Notes: a model not told the origin generated them from the sequence alone. Positions 10,064 through 21,638 are shown, counted from the stretch's first letter. The stretch: 64,000 nucleotides of DNA from Desulfobulbaceae bacterium (GCA_002868945.1 PKTX01000068.1:4505-68504), one strand, 5' to 3'. Translations and numbers: made by a program.

Positions 10064-10930
10064 CTACTGGTGAATGGTCACCTGATACTTCTCCTTGAGA
10101 TTGGCCAGGATGTTTTCCACCTCACTCTGCTGGTTTTCGGCCTGAACCTTCTGCTGGATCTCTTCCTTTACCTCGGCCAGGGGCGTTACACCGGCGGCCT
10201 TGCTGTCGGTGACCCTGATCAGGTGCCAGCCGAACTGGGTGAGAGTCGGTTCGCTGATGTCGCCCTTCTTGGTGTTAAAGGCGGCCTCCTCAAAGGCGGG
10301 GACCATGCTGCCCCTGCTGAAAAAGCCGAGATCGCCGCCATTCATGCTGGAACCCGGATCATCGGAAAACTCCTTGGCCAGGTCGGCAAAGGAGGCGCCT
10401 TTGTCGAGGCGAGACTTGATGTCCGCTATTTTGCGGCGCGCGGCAGCCACCTCCTCCTTGTTGTCCGCGTCGTCAACCTTGATAAGGATGTGTTGGGCCT
10501 TGATCATCTCGTCGTGGGAAAATTCGTTCTTGTGGCTGTTGTAATAATCCTGCACAGCCTGGTCGGAGACCTCTGTCTTGCCGGTGTTCCGCTGCAGATA
10601 TGCCTCCACCAGTATGCGGGTGGTCATGTCTTTGAGTTTGTTGCGCACCTCGGGCTTCTTGTCAAGGCCCTGGGCCTGGGCCTCCTGGGCCAGAATAGAG
10701 AAGTCGGCCCAGCGGTTGAGCATACTGTCGAGCAGGGCCGGTTCATTGTCCATCATGGCCTTGAGCTCCGGCGGCATGCCGGTCAGCATCTGATTGAACT
10801 CAGCCTGGGTGAGGGTCTCGTTGCCTGCGGTAACCAAGACCTTGGCGTCGTCTGCCGCCAGGGTGGTGCCGGCACTTGCCGAAAAGAGGAAGAGCCCGAT
10901 AAAGAGGGGAAGGATGTTTTTTTTCTGCAT
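10064..10930 (-). CDS. Exported PpiC/parvulin-type peptidyl-prolyl isomerase
   Basis: Signal peptide; AQHILIK, FADLAKEFSDD, GGDLGFF, MVPAFEEAAF, TQFGWHLI. Confidence 0.93.
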   Translation of the reverse strand: MQKKNILPLFIGLFLFSASAGTTLAADDAKVLVTAGNETLTQAEFNQMLTGMPPELKAMMDNEPALLDSMLNRWADFSILAQEAQAQGLDKKPEVRNKLKDMTTRILVEAYLQRNTGKTEVSDQAVQDYYNSHKNEFSHDEMIKAQHILIKVDDADNKEEVAAARRKIADIKSRLDKGASFADLAKEFSDDPGSSMNGGDLGFFSRGSMVPAFEEAAFNTKKGDISEPTLTQFGWHLIRVTDSKAAGVTPLAEVKEEIQQKVQAENQQSEVENILANLKEKYQVTIHQ

Positions 10931-11094
10931 GCACGTTACTCCTGTTATTATTGTTAAGTACTCAACTTGTCTGAAAGGTCCGTTGCTCCTTACTGTCGGT
11001 CCTCCTGAAAAAAGCTGCGGCTGCTGCCGCTTGGCAATGACCGGTACGGACCTCGGAAATCAGGGAGCGTTTTTTCCGGTGGCCTGGTCGGCAG

Positions 11095-11898
11095 TCAACC
11101 GCGAATAATCGAGCAGCCCCGGTGCAGCCCTGACGGGGCGGTGGTGTTCGGCAGCAGCATGGAGCGAGGCCCGAGCAGCGTGCCTGGGTTGGTCACCGAA
11201 TTACAGCCGGTCTGCACGTCGTCGCCCATGATTGCCCCGAATTTACGCAGGCCTGAGTCCACGGCACCCTCCGCGGTCCTGACTTGGACAGTGCCGCTGG
11301 TAAAGCGCAGGTTGGCAAGCTTGGTGCCGGCCCCCAGGTTGACGTTGTTGCCGAGGATGGAGTCACCCAAATAGGCGAAGTGGCCGGCCTTGGCGTCATC
11401 CAGAAATATGGCATGCTTGACCTCGGTGACATGGCCCACCACACAGCGTTTACCAAAGAGGCAATGACCCCGTACATAGGCGCCCTGGCGGATGACGGTG
11501 CAATCATCAACAATGGTGGGCGACGAGATCATGGCGCCCGGTTCAATGAGAACCCCCTTGCCGATCCTGAGCCGGTCGCCCATCAGGGAGACACCGGCCA
11601 TGATCACCGAGGCGCCGGTCAGGGGCCGGCCCTCCTTGCTCACCTTGAGCAGGCCCTTGGGGGCATCGCCGAAGTCGATCTCCACCTCGTCGCCACTGAA
11701 CACTTCATTTTTGTGAAGGACAATGGTTCTGGTTAAAGGTTCACCGTTTTTCGGTAAAAAGGTGCTGTAGTCGGGGTAGGTGGCCTGCTGCATGTAGGCC
11801 TTGAGGCGGCTGAGGGCCTCCCAGGCATATTCCGTCTGCATGAAAAGATCGGCAAAGGCGAAGCGGCTGAGGTCGAAAAAAGAGGCACAGGTGAGCAT
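11095..11898 (-). CDS. Left-handed beta-helix acyltransferase, similar to the GlmU C-terminal domain
   Basis: Hexapeptide repeats; HFAYLGDSILGNNVNLGAGT, RKFGAIMGD; no nucleotidyltransferase domain. Confidence 0.8.
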   Translation of the reverse strand: MLTCASFFDLSRFAFADLFMQTEYAWEALSRLKAYMQQATYPDYSTFLPKNGEPLTRTIVLHKNEVFSGDEVEIDFGDAPKGLLKVSKEGRPLTGASVIMAGVSLMGDRLRIGKGVLIEPGAMISSPTIVDDCTVIRQGAYVRGHCLFGKRCVVGHVTEVKHAIFLDDAKAGHFAYLGDSILGNNVNLGAGTKLANLRFTSGTVQVRTAEGAVDSGLRKFGAIMGDDVQTGCNSVTNPGTLLGPRSMLLPNTTAPSGLHRGCSIIRG

Positions 11899-12230
11899 GG
11901 CGGATAGAGGGGATGAGGTTTTTTGAGGGGTTGTTCGACAAGGAGAGGAAACAAGTAGCTATAATGGTGTAAAATCTCTCTTTGTTCAAGGGAATTATGG
12001 CTTTTGGGCAGAGGGGTGCAGGGGTGATGCAACGGCTGAAAATATCAAGGATATCGCTCTTTCTCTTCCTTGACTTCGATAGCTCCAGTGTTTACGTTTA
12101 TACGACTTTGCTCCCTAGAGCCGTGCCTTGCCTCGTTATTCTGCATGACGAAAATGGTTGAAGGGCCGGTTACCCCTGAACTTATGCTCCGCTTCTGTCG
12201 CTTGCCCGCGGCGCAGGCGGTTACCCCTAT

Positions 12231-14615
12231 ATGGAGGTTTTTGTGGATATAAACGATCCTCTTACCGCAGGTATCGGTGATCTTGTCGACATTGACGAGC
12301 CGGATATCCCTGAGCAGCTGCCGGTCATGGCAGTGCGCGATATTGTTGTCTTTAACTATATGATTATCCCGCTCTTTGTGGGACGGCCTGCCTCGGTGGA
12401 GGCGGTTGAAGATGCCTTGTCCAAAAACAAGCTGCTCATGCTGGTCACCCAGAAGGACTCCGCCATTGACGAGCCCACGGCCGAAGACGTCTACAAGGTG
12501 GGCATGGTCTGTATGATCATGCGTACCCTGAAGCTGCCTGACGGCCGTCTCAAGGTGCTGGTGCAGGCCATTCAAAAGGCCGAGGTCAGGGAGTTTGTCC
12601 AGGTTGACCCCTTCTTTATTGCCGAGATCGATGTCATTGAAGGCCAGGAAGAGGTGGAAATGACCGTGGAGATCGAGGCCCTGATGCGCAACGTGCGCGA
12701 GCAGACCGAGAAGATCCTCTCCATGAAGGGGGTCATGTCCTCGGAGCTTCTGGCCATCTTAAACGGTATCGAGGAGCCGGGTCGTCTTGCCGATCTGGTG
12801 GTCTCCAACCTGCGTCTCAAGCCTCAGGAGTCACAGATTGTCCTGGAGACCTATGATCCGGTGGCCCGCCTCCACAAGGTGCTGGAGTATCTCAATAAGG
12901 AGCTTGAGGTCTCCACCATGCAGGCCAAGATTCAGTCAGAGGCCAAGGAGGAGATGGGCCGCACCCAGCGCGAGTATTACCTGCGTGAGCAGATCCAGGC
13001 CATGAAAAAAGAGTTGGGTGAGTATGATGAAAAATCCCAGGAGATTGAGGAGTTGCAGCTGCGCTTCAAGAAGGAGCGCATGCCCTCCGTTGTCAAGAAG
13101 GAGGGGGAAAAGCAGCTCAAACGTCTGGAGATGATGCACCCCGATGCCTCGGAGGCCACCACCATTCGCACCTACCTGGACTGGTTGCTTGATGTGCCGT
13201 GGCGCAAGTCCACCAAGGACCGCCTTGATCTGAAAATCGCCAAACAGGTACTGGACGAGGATCACTACGGTCTGGACAAGATCAAGGAGCGTATCCTGGA
13301 ATACCTGGCGGTGCGCAAGCTCAATAAGTCCACCAAGGGTCCCATTCTCTGTTTCGTCGGCCCTCCCGGTGTCGGCAAGACCTCCCTGGGCCGCTCCATT
13401 GCCCGGGCCATGGGCCGCAAGTTTTTCCGTTTTTCATTGGGCGGTATGCGTGACGAGGCCGAGATCCGCGGTCATCGCCGTACTTATATCGGCGCCATGC
13501 CGGGCCGTATTATCCAGGGCCTGAAGACGGTGGGCTCAAACAACCCCATCTTTATGCTGGATGAGATCGACAAGGTGGGTGCCGATTATCGCGGGGATCC
13601 CTCCTCCGCCCTGCTGGAGGTCCTTGATCCGGAGCAGAATGTCGAGTTTTCCGATCATTACCTCAACATCCCCTTTGACCTCTCCAAGGTGATGTTCATC
13701 ACCACGGCCAATATGAGTGACACCATTCCCGGCCCGCTTCTCGACCGCATGGAGGTGATCACCCTGGCCGGTTATACCCACGAGGAGAAGCTGGAGATTG
13801 CCAAGCGCTATCTTGTGCCGCGCCAGATCAAGGAAAACGGCATCAGCGAGAGGCATATCAAGATTGACGACGATACCCTCACCCTGATGATCAGCCACTA
13901 TACGCGCGAGGCGGGTCTGCGTAATCTGGAGCGTGAGATCGGCAAGGTGTGCCGCAAGGTGGCGCGCAAGGTGGCCGAGGGCGGCAAAGGGCCCTATGCC
14001 ATCTCCAAACGAACCCTGGCCAAGTATCTTGGTCCGCCCAAGATTATTCCGGAGGCGGATGTCGATAATATTGATCAGCCCGGTCTGGCCACCGGTCTGG
14101 CCTGGACCGAGGTGGGCGGTGAGATTCTCTACATCGAGGTTTCCATCCTGCCCGGCAAGGGCGGTCTCATGCTCACCGGCCAGCTGGGCGAGGTCATGAA
14201 GGAATCGGCCCAGGCCGCTCTGACGGTCTGTAAATCGATGCTCAAGAAGCATAAGCTGCCGGAGGACTATTTCGACAACCACGATATCCATATCCATGTG
14301 CCGGCCGGCGCCATTCCCAAGGATGGCCCCTCCGCCGGCATCACCATGGCCGTGGCCCTCTATTCGGCCATGTCCGGCAAAAAGGTGCCCAAGGATCTGG
14401 CCATGACCGGTGAGATCACCCTGCGCGGCCGGGTGCTGCCCATCGGCGGCCTTAAGGAAAAGGCCCTGGCCGCCCTGCGCGCCAACATTAAAAAGGTGCT
14501 CATTCCGGATCAGAACAAAAAGGATCTGGTGGAGATTCCCGAAGATCTGCGGCGGCAAATTACCTTTGTGCCGGTAAAAAACATCTCCCAGGTCTTTAAC
14601 AAGGCCTTTAAGTAG
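12231..14615 (+). CDS. lon: Lon ATP-dependent protease (endopeptidase La)
   Basis: LON N-domain, [23 protein letters not shown] catalytic Ser, GGLKEK. Confidence 0.98.
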   Translation: MEVFVDINDPLTAGIGDLVDIDEPDIPEQLPVMAVRDIVVFNYMIIPLFVGRPASVEAVEDALSKNKLLMLVTQKDSAIDEPTAEDVYKVGMVCMIMRTLKLPDGRLKVLVQAIQKAEVREFVQVDPFFIAEIDVIEGQEEVEMTVEIEALMRNVREQTEKILSMKGVMSSELLAILNGIEEPGRLADLVVSNLRLKPQESQIVLETYDPVARLHKVLEYLNKELEVSTMQAKIQSEAKEEMGRTQREYYLREQIQAMKKELGEYDEKSQEIEELQLRFKKERMPSVVKKEGEKQLKRLEMMHPDASEATTIRTYLDWLLDVPWRKSTKDRLDLKIAKQVLDEDHYGLDKIKERILEYLAVRKLNKSTKGPILCFVGPPGVGKTSLGRSIARAMGRKFFRFSLGGMRDEAEIRGHRRTYIGAMPGRIIQGLKTVGSNNPIFMLDEIDKVGADYRGDPSSALLEVLDPEQNVEFSDHYLNIPFDLSKVMFITTANMSDTIPGPLLDRMEVITLAGYTHEEKLEIAKRYLVPRQIKENGISERHIKIDDDTLTLMISHYTREAGLRNLEREIGKVCRKVARKVAEGGKGPYAISKRTLAKYLGPPKIIPEADVDNIDQPGLATGLAWTEVGGEILYIEVSILPGKGGLMLTGQLGEVMKESAQAALTVCKSMLKKHKLPEDYFDNHDIHIHVPAGAIPKDGPSAGITMAVALYSAMSGKKVPKDLAMTGEITLRGRVLPIGGLKEKALAALRANIKKVLIPDQNKKDLVEIPEDLRRQITFVPVKNISQVFNKAFK

Positions 14616-14623
14616 CGCTGCTG

Positions 14624-15682
14624 ATGGCCCTCTATCCCCCGGAAATTTCCCTGCAGAAATGGGGCAGGTTCATGGCCTGGCTGGTTATCCCGGCCATTGT
14701 TGTTTTCAGTCCCCTTTACTGGTTTTTTTCCTACGGCATGATTCCCGGACCAGGCCCGCAGAACGGTGATGAAGTCCGGGTTGTCATTCCGCAGGGCCAG
14801 GGGTTTCAGGGGGTCTACCGGGCCTTGGTCGACAGTGGTGTCATTGCCGAGGATGTTCGCTTCGGCCTGCTGGCCAGCTGGCGCGGTATCTCCAAAAAAT
14901 TGAAGGCCGGCGAGTATGCCTTCCAGCGTCCCGTGCCGCCGTCACAGGTCCTGGACAGCCTGGTGGCCGGTTCCAGCCTGCATCATCCCCTCACCTTTCA
15001 GGAGGGGCTCACCATGCGACAGGTGGTGCGGCAGCTCAGCCGCCAGGAGTGGGGAAGTCAGCAGGAGCTTCTGGCCCTTTGCTCTGATCCCGATTTTATA
15101 GCATCCCTGGGCCTTGATGTCCCCACCCTGGAGGGCTACCTCTTTCCTGATACCTACTACTTTTCGCGCGATCAGGGTGGTCGGGCTATCTTGCGGATGA
15201 TGGTCAACCGCTTTTTTGAGGTAGCCCGGGAGCTTGATCTTGTGCAGGGCTCCGGCGAGGCAGGTGACGCTGCCGCGTCCCATTCCCTGAGCCTGCATGA
15301 GATAGTCACCCTGGCCTCCATTATCGAGAAGGAGGCTGGTGTGGCGGTTGAACGGCCCATGGTGGCCCGCGTCTTTCTCAACCGCCTCGAACGTAATATG
15401 CGTCTTCAGGCCGACCCCACCGTTATCTATGGTTTGAGTGATTTTGACGGCAACCTCACCCGTCAGGATCTGCGCACACCCACCGCCTATAACACCTATC
15501 TTCTCAAGGGCCTGCCCTTTGGTCCCATTGCCAATCCCGGCCGCGATTCTCTCCAGGCTGTCCTGGAACCGGCCGACGGCGATTGGACTTACTTTGTGGG
15601 CCGCGGCGACGGCACCCACCACTTCTCCACCAATCTGACCGAGCATAACCGGGCCGTCTATGAGTTCCAGAAGAAGCGCTGA
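14624..15682 (+). CDS. mltG: Endolytic transglycosylase MltG
   Basis: N-terminal TM; LEGYLFPDTY, LASIIEKE, LQADPTVIY, YNTY..GLP.GPIANPG. Confidence 0.95.
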   Translation: MALYPPEISLQKWGRFMAWLVIPAIVVFSPLYWFFSYGMIPGPGPQNGDEVRVVIPQGQGFQGVYRALVDSGVIAEDVRFGLLASWRGISKKLKAGEYAFQRPVPPSQVLDSLVAGSSLHHPLTFQEGLTMRQVVRQLSRQEWGSQQELLALCSDPDFIASLGLDVPTLEGYLFPDTYYFSRDQGGRAILRMMVNRFFEVARELDLVQGSGEAGDAAASHSLSLHEIVTLASIIEKEAGVAVERPMVARVFLNRLERNMRLQADPTVIYGLSDFDGNLTRQDLRTPTAYNTYLLKGLPFGPIANPGRDSLQAVLEPADGDWTYFVGRGDGTHHFSTNLTEHNRAVYEFQKKR

Positions 15683-15683
15683 A

Positions 15684-15875
15684 CAGCCTGTTGAAAAAGG
15701 GAGCCAGCGAGGCTGAGGCTAGGAAAAATGAGGCAAAAAAGCGTAGTTTACATGTTGTTTAGGAGCATTTCGGAGTCTCGCTCCGCTTGCTTGGCTCAAG
15801 CCGAATTTTGACGACGCATCAAGCAGAGAGCGAACGAAGCGTGATCTTCGAGCGCAGTAGTTTTTTGACGGGCTG
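15684..15875. mobile_element. MITE-like element, family A, copy 2 (inverted, with two internal insertions)
   Basis: CAGCCTGTTGAAAAA...TTTTTTGACGGGCTG; colinear with the reverse complement of 5981-6121; directly after the mltG stop. Confidence 0.75.
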
Positions 15876-15929
15876 TGAAGGGGCGCGTCTAGTGGTAGGG
15901 TTCTGTGTGGCTTATTTGGTTTTGGTGGT

Positions 15930-16150
15930 GATTGATACTTGTCCCTTTTTGCTCGCCCAAAAAGGAACCGAAAAAGGGCGCCCCAACAGCACTGGCCTGA
16001 CGGCGCGCTCGCTGTGGCCCGGCAAAGGGGAATTGCAGAAACTCACACCATGCGGGTGTTCAAACATGTTGCGCCCAGCGGAAGTGCCCTTGAGGTGCAA
16101 TCCAAATCCCTTTGCCGAACCACAACGAGCTCAGGGCTGGATGGGGAACT
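15930..16150. repeat. Structured intergenic palindromic element
   Basis: Hairpins CCTTTTTG...CAAAAAGG and GCTCG.TGTGG..CGGCAAAGGG...CCCTTTGCCG..CCACA.CGAGC; boundaries approximate. Confidence 0.5.
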
Positions 16151-16326
16151 GTAATAAGGATGCCCTGCGGGCCCTATCGAATTTTTCGGCCCTGAAAGGA
16201 TTGCGGCGACATCATGGCCAATTACGTTTTGTTAACCGAATTCCGAACGAACAAAATCCGGTGCTTTCAGCTGTTTTTGGTGGCGACTGACCAAAGTAAT
16301 TAGCTGAGATGAAGAAACATTATGGA

Positions 16327-16384
16327 CATCACAATAAAAAAAGGGCGATTGAATTGCTTCAATCGCCCTTTTTTTATTGTGATG
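16327..16384. terminator. Long perfect hairpin, bidirectional terminator downstream of rne
   Basis: CATCACAATAAAAAAAGGGCGATTGAA-TTGC-TTCAATCGCCCTTTTTTTATTGTGATG. Confidence 0.9.
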
Positions 16385-16394
16385 AGGTCGGCGC

Positions 16395-18227
16395 TCAGCT
16401 GTTGCGGATGAATTTCACGTCGCCGTCGGCCGGCGTCATGGCTGGGTTGCCGGTGATGATAATGTCCACCTTGTAGCGCTGTTCAATCTCACAGATCTCC
16501 GAGCGTTTATGGTTGAGGAGATACTGGGCCACCTTGGTGGGCAGGTCGCAGTGGATACCGCTGATCTGGCGCTTGATGGCCGCGGTCTGGATGCGGCGCA
16601 TCAGGGCCAGGGCCGTGGTCTCCACAGATTTGACCATGCCGCTGCCCTGGCAATGCTCACAGGTGATATAGTTGCCCTTCTGGATCGGCGGACCGAGACG
16701 CTGGCGGGAGATCTGCATGAGGCCGAACTTGGAGATGCGGCTCATGTCCACCTTGGCCTTGTCCTTTTTCATGGCGTTTTTCACCTGTTTCTCCACCTCG
16801 CGGATATTCTTTTTATCGCGCATATCGATGAAGTCAACGACGATGAGGCCGCCCAGGTCACGCAGGCGCAGCTGGCGCGCCATCTCGTCGGCCGCCTCCA
16901 TGTTGGCCAGGAAGATGGTCTTTTCGAAATTCTTGTCCTTGGAGGTGCGGCCCGAGTTGACATCAATGGCAACCAGGGCCTCGGTGGGATTGATGACAAT
17001 GGAACCACCGGACGGCAGGGGTACGGCCGGCCGATACATCTGTTCGATCTGCTCCTCCACCTGAAACTGGTTGAAAATGGGCTTGGAGCCTTTGTGGAGG
17101 CGAACCTTTGTTTTGCGCTGCCGGGCCGGAAGCAGTTCCATGAACTCGTTGATCTTGTCAAAGACCTCCTGGTTGTCCACCAGGATCTCTTCGATATCCG
17201 GGGTGAAGTGGTCACGCAGAAAGCGGGCCACCACATCCTGTTCCTTGTAGACCAGAGCCGGTGCCTTTTCGGTCTGGCCCTTTTTCTTGATCTCCTTCCA
17301 CAGGTTGAGCTGGTAGCGGATGTCCTGCATAAGCGCGGTTTTGGTGACATCCTCGCTGGCCGTGCGGATGATGTAGCCGATTTCCTCGGGCAGCTTGGCG
17401 GAGTCGACAATCTCACGCAGCTTGGCGCGACGCTCCTCATTGCTGATCTGGCGGGAAATGCCGTGCGAGTCGCTGCCCGGCATCAGGACCACGTAACGGC
17501 CCGGCATGGAGAGGTAGGTGGTGATATTGGCGCCCTTGTTGCCGGTGGGTTCCTTGACCACCTCCACCAGAACCTCCTGGCCCTTGAGGAGGACCTCCTG
17601 GATGTTCAGGGATTTCCAGTGGGCGTTGCCCACGTCCTTACAGTAATATTCAGGGTGGATATCGCCAAAGGCCAGAAAGCCGTTCTTGCCGGTGCCCATG
17701 TCAACAAAGGCGGCCTGCAGGTTTGGTTCAATAGCCGTGATGATGCCCTTGTAGATGTTGCCCTTGGTCTGGGCCTGGACCACGGTCTCGACATTAAAGG
17801 ATTCCACCTTGCCGTTTTCCAGCAGGGCGATGCGGCACTCCTCCGGCTCATCGGCATTGATGAGCAGCTTGTAGGAGACCTTGTCGCTGCTTTTGCTGGC
17901 CGTTGCTTTGGTCTGGCTGGGCTTGGCCGTGCTTCTGCTCCGGGTGGAGCGGCCTTTGCCGTTCTTTTTTGGGGGGGTGGGAGATGATTTTTCCTCGGAG
18001 GTCGTTTCCGGCAGCGCCTCATCGCTGCTGGTGTCGGGGCTTGCGGGCTGGGTCTTGGCAGAGGAGGCGGTCTTCTTGCGGGCCGGTCTTTTGCGGGGCC
18101 GGCGATTTTGTTTGGGTTTTTCCGTTACCTGCTGCTGCGTATCCTGCTTCGTTTCCGCGCTGTTTGTTGCTGTGCCGCTTGTCTGGGGGCTTTTTTCCTG
18201 TGGTTGTTCGTTGTTTTCTTCGGTCAT
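16395..18227 (-). CDS. rne: Ribonuclease E/G family endoribonuclease
   Basis: KGNIYKG, AAFVD, AIDVNSG, RQLRLRDLGGLIVVDFIDM, Zn-link CEHC; low-complexity N-terminal extension. Confidence 0.93.
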   Translation of the reverse strand: MTEENNEQPQEKSPQTSGTATNSAETKQDTQQQVTEKPKQNRRPRKRPARKKTASSAKTQPASPDTSSDEALPETTSEEKSSPTPPKKNGKGRSTRSRSTAKPSQTKATASKSSDKVSYKLLINADEPEECRIALLENGKVESFNVETVVQAQTKGNIYKGIITAIEPNLQAAFVDMGTGKNGFLAFGDIHPEYYCKDVGNAHWKSLNIQEVLLKGQEVLVEVVKEPTGNKGANITTYLSMPGRYVVLMPGSDSHGISRQISNEERRAKLREIVDSAKLPEEIGYIIRTASEDVTKTALMQDIRYQLNLWKEIKKKGQTEKAPALVYKEQDVVARFLRDHFTPDIEEILVDNQEVFDKINEFMELLPARQRKTKVRLHKGSKPIFNQFQVEEQIEQMYRPAVPLPSGGSIVINPTEALVAIDVNSGRTSKDKNFEKTIFLANMEAADEMARQLRLRDLGGLIVVDFIDMRDKKNIREVEKQVKNAMKKDKAKVDMSRISKFGLMQISRQRLGPPIQKGNYITCEHCQGSGMVKSVETTALALMRRIQTAAIKRQISGIHCDLPTKVAQYLLNHKRSEICEIEQRYKVDIIITGNPAMTPADGDVKFIRNS

Positions 18228-18438
18228 CTGTTATCCTTTGGCAAAAAAGGCGGCAGTCCTTGGCATGTCACAGCATGCACGCCTGTCGCGTTTTTTTGCG
18301 TGTTTTCCGGCGCCAGCGCCCTTAAGAAAGAGCGGCGATGGCGCCATCTGTTTGATTTTATCCGACCATTACAGGGGACAGGCACCCTCGGGGTGACTCC
18401 ATCCGGGTCGAATAACTGTTGGCGGCCGCCACATGGTA

Positions 18439-19374
18439 TCATGAGTGGGGCGGCTGGTAATAAGTCTTGCCTTGGTGCTGCAGCCGCAAAACGAGCCCTT
18501 GATCGGCAAGTTCCTCCATGAGCTTTTCTGTTGTCGCAGGCTCAAGATTGAGGGCCTCGCTGATGTCCGAGGCGGTGCAGGGGCGACGTTGAAGCATCTC
18601 CAGGATCTCACCGGTGTCCGGTGTGCGCCTGGAGTCGTGTTGCCGTGTGGCAAAACTGGCAATAATTTCGACATTGCCGGGCAGCTGCCCGGCAATAGCC
18701 GTTAACTCCTCGTGGGTCAGTGGTTCGGCAAAGCTCTCCAGGGGAGGGCGAACCACGGTGTTCAGCTGGACCCGATGCGGCTTAATGCGTTTGATGGCCT
18801 CGCTGAGGGCCGTGATGTCATCGGGGTGGTCGTTCAAGTTCCTGACCAGCATGACCTCCAGCCATACCTGGCCGGAAAACTGCCGACAAAAGGTGGCCAT
18901 GCCGTCAATAATCTCGGCCAGATCCACACAGCCGGCCGGCCGATCTACCTTGCGAAAGCTTTGTGGCCGGGCCGCGTCCAGAGACGGAATGACAATATCC
19001 GCCTCGGCGAGTTCCTGCCGTACATCGGCGCGGTGCATCATGGCGCCGTTGGTGAGCACGGCCACCGGTTTACCGGTTTTTTTCTTGATGTGGCGAATGA
19101 TCTCACCCAGGCCGGTATGCAGAGTGGGTTCGCCCGTTGCCGTGATGGTAAAGACATCAATGGGCTTGGCCAGGTCTTCGCGGCTCAGGAGTGTGTCGAT
19201 CTCCGCCAGAATATCGGCAGTGGGGGTGTACTCCTGCCGCTCACAGGTATGAATGGAGGTGTGGCCTATTTCGCAATAGACACAGTCAAAATTGCAGGTC
19301 TTGGTGGAAAGGAGATCAATGCCCTGGGAGAGGCCGAGCCGCCGGGAGTTGACCGGCCCAAAAAGATATTTCAT
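18439..19374 (-). CDS. Radical SAM protein with C-terminal HTH-like tail
   Basis: FGPVNSRRLGLSQGID, CNFDCVYC, GEPTL, VLTNG; start placed at MKYLFGP. Confidence 0.88.
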   Translation of the reverse strand: MKYLFGPVNSRRLGLSQGIDLLSTKTCNFDCVYCEIGHTSIHTCERQEYTPTADILAEIDTLLSREDLAKPIDVFTITATGEPTLHTGLGEIIRHIKKKTGKPVAVLTNGAMMHRADVRQELAEADIVIPSLDAARPQSFRKVDRPAGCVDLAEIIDGMATFCRQFSGQVWLEVMLVRNLNDHPDDITALSEAIKRIKPHRVQLNTVVRPPLESFAEPLTHEELTAIAGQLPGNVEIIASFATRQHDSRRTPDTGEILEMLQRRPCTASDISEALNLEPATTEKLMEELADQGLVLRLQHQGKTYYQPPHS

Positions 19375-19529
19375 AGGTATGGAGAAGGGCGCAGGCAGGG
19401 AGGTTGGCCGCCCAGTGTTTATCATCAAGAATAATTTACGTACATTAAAAGATTAATCTATAACAAGCTTTGTCGGTGCAGGCAAGTAAAAACGGCGTTT
19501 TGTCAGTGGGAAAGGCGGGGAAGTTTTGC

Positions 19530-19558
19530 TTGACACCCTGGGTGCCAGAGCGTAAATT
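19530..19558 (+). promoter_or_regulatory. Sigma70-type promoter for ilvD
   Basis: TTGACA-17 bp-TAAATT. Confidence 0.6.
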
Positions 19559-19722
19559 TTGGCGTTCTTAACACAGTTGCCGGCCATGAGCGGCAGGTGT
19601 TGGTGGGGCACAGGTGGTCGACGGACCACCTGTCAGCCAGGTCGGCATGTCGCCGCAGGCGATGTCTGATTGCTTTCCGATAAATTATCTACACCATATA
19701 AAAAACCAGTTAAGGGGAAGAT

Positions 19723-21390
19723 ATGCGCAGTGATGTCGTTACCAAGGGATTGGAGAGGGCGCCCCATCGTTCTCTGTTTAAGGCCATGGGCTATACCAAT
19801 GAAGAGTTAAGCAGGCCCCTGATCGGCGTCTGTCACGCCCATAATGAGATCATTCCCGGTCATATGCATCTGGATAAGATTGTCGAGGCGGTGAAGGCCG
19901 GTGTCAGGATGGCCGGCGGCACCCCTGCCTCCTTTGCCACCATCGGTGTCTGTGACGGTATTGCCATGGGGCATACCGGCATGAAATACTCCCTGGCCAG
20001 CCGTGAGCTCATTGCCGACTCGGTGGAAATCGTCGGTCGGGCCCATCCCTTTGACGCCATGGTCTTGATCCCCAACTGCGACAAGGTGGTGCCCGGTATG
20101 CTCATGGCCATGCTGAGGCTCAATATCCCGGCCATTATGGTCAGCGGCGGCCCCATGCTCACCGGCCGTCACCATGGCAAGGACGTTCATCTCGTCTCGG
20201 TCTTTGAGGGGGTCGGTCGCGTCAAGGCCAAAACCATGAGCCTGGAAGAACTGGCCGAACTGGAGGACGACGCCTGTCCCGGTTGTGGTTCCTGCGCCGG
20301 TATGTTCACCGCCAACTCCATGAATTGCCTCACCGAGGCCATTGGCCTGGGTCTGCCCGGCAACGGCACTATTCCCGCCGTCCATGCCGCCCGTATTCGT
20401 CTGGCCAAGCAGGCCGGCATGGCGGTGATGAACCTCTTTCACGAGGATATCCGGCCCCGTGATATCGCCACCCGTAAGGCCTTTGAGAATGCCATGGCCG
20501 TTGATATGGCCCTGGGCTGCTCCACCAATACCGTTCTCCATGTGCCGGCCATCGCCAAGGAGGCGGATGTCGACCTGCCGCTGGAATCCTTCAATGAGGT
20601 GTCAAAGCGGGTACCCCATATCTGCAGTCTGATCCCCGGCGGTCCCCACTCCATGGAACAGCTCTATGAGGCGGGTGGTGTCCAGGCCGTTATGCATGAA
20701 CTCCTGGAGACCAAAGAAGGTCTGCATCAGGATGTCATGACCGTCACCGGTCAGATCCTGGGTAAGAATCTCAAGAAGGCCGCGGTTCGCGATCGGCAGA
20801 TTATTCGCACCGTGGCTGAGCCCTATCACAAGATCGGCGGTATTGCCGTGCTCTACGGCAACCTGGCCCCGGCAGGAGCGGTGGTCAAGCAGTCGGCCGT
20901 GGCCGACGAGATGCTCACCCACAGCGGTCCGGCTCGGCTCTACGACTCCGAGGAGGAGGCCCAGAAGGCCATCCTGGGCGGTGCCATCAAGGCCGGTGAT
21001 GTGGTGATTATCCGTTATTGCGGCCCCAAGGGCGGCCCCGGCATGCCGGAGATGCTCTCCCCCACCTCGGCCATTATCGGCATGGGCCTCGGCACCAGTG
21101 TCGCCCTGATCACGGACGGCCGCTTCAGCGGCGGCACCCAGGGCGCCTGTATCGGTCACGTATCGCCCGAGGCAGCGGAAGGTGGCCCCATCGCCCTTGT
21201 TGAGGAGGGGGATACCGTGGTCATTGATATTCCTGGTAATGTTCTGCGGGTGGAGGTGGATGAGGCCGAGCTTGACCGGCGCCGGCAAAAATGGCAGGCG
21301 CCGGCCCCCAAGATCACCAGCGGCTATGCGGCCCGCTATGCCCGCATGGTCACCTCGGGTGCAACCGGCGCTGTTTTGAAAGACGAGTAA
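19723..21390 (+). CDS. ilvD: Dihydroxy-acid dehydratase
   Basis: [45 protein letters not shown]. Confidence 0.98.
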   Translation: MRSDVVTKGLERAPHRSLFKAMGYTNEELSRPLIGVCHAHNEIIPGHMHLDKIVEAVKAGVRMAGGTPASFATIGVCDGIAMGHTGMKYSLASRELIADSVEIVGRAHPFDAMVLIPNCDKVVPGMLMAMLRLNIPAIMVSGGPMLTGRHHGKDVHLVSVFEGVGRVKAKTMSLEELAELEDDACPGCGSCAGMFTANSMNCLTEAIGLGLPGNGTIPAVHAARIRLAKQAGMAVMNLFHEDIRPRDIATRKAFENAMAVDMALGCSTNTVLHVPAIAKEADVDLPLESFNEVSKRVPHICSLIPGGPHSMEQLYEAGGVQAVMHELLETKEGLHQDVMTVTGQILGKNLKKAAVRDRQIIRTVAEPYHKIGGIAVLYGNLAPAGAVVKQSAVADEMLTHSGPARLYDSEEEAQKAILGGAIKAGDVVIIRYCGPKGGPGMPEMLSPTSAIIGMGLGTSVALITDGRFSGGTQGACIGHVSPEAAEGGPIALVEEGDTVVIDIPGNVLRVEVDEAELDRRRQKWQAPAPKITSGYAARYARMVTSGATGAVLKDE

Positions 21391-21396
21391 AACCAT

Positions 21397-21593
21397 GGTG
21401 GCGGCGCAGAGAGCGTCGACTTGGAGAGCGCCTTTTTTCCGGCGTTGTGGCGGCATCTCGGGGGTGGTATAGACCTGTTACGCTGTCGCGCCCCGGGCAC
21501 CGCCACTTCTTGCCAGTCTGACGAGCTTCGTTTGCCTGGCGAGGACTTGCCTGATTCATCTCAAGCGGTACGATGGACTTTTTGCGAGTCCGA
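21397..21593. mobile_element. MITE-like element, family C, degenerate copy
   Basis: Shares GTGGCGGCATCTCGGG, TACGCTGTCGCGCCC and TCTCAAGCGGTACRATGGACTTTTTGC with 35469-35631. Confidence 0.65.
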
Positions 21594-21638
21594 ATTTTTA
21601 TAGGCTCTCTTTTCTTCCCTTATCGATAACGGATCAAC

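Noticed and set aside
19586-19669. Possible ilvD attenuator leader peptide (MSGRCWWG...) overlapping a perfect 10-bp hairpin at 19610-19633
   Set aside because: No Ile/Leu/Val run, no clear RBS and no U-tract terminator.
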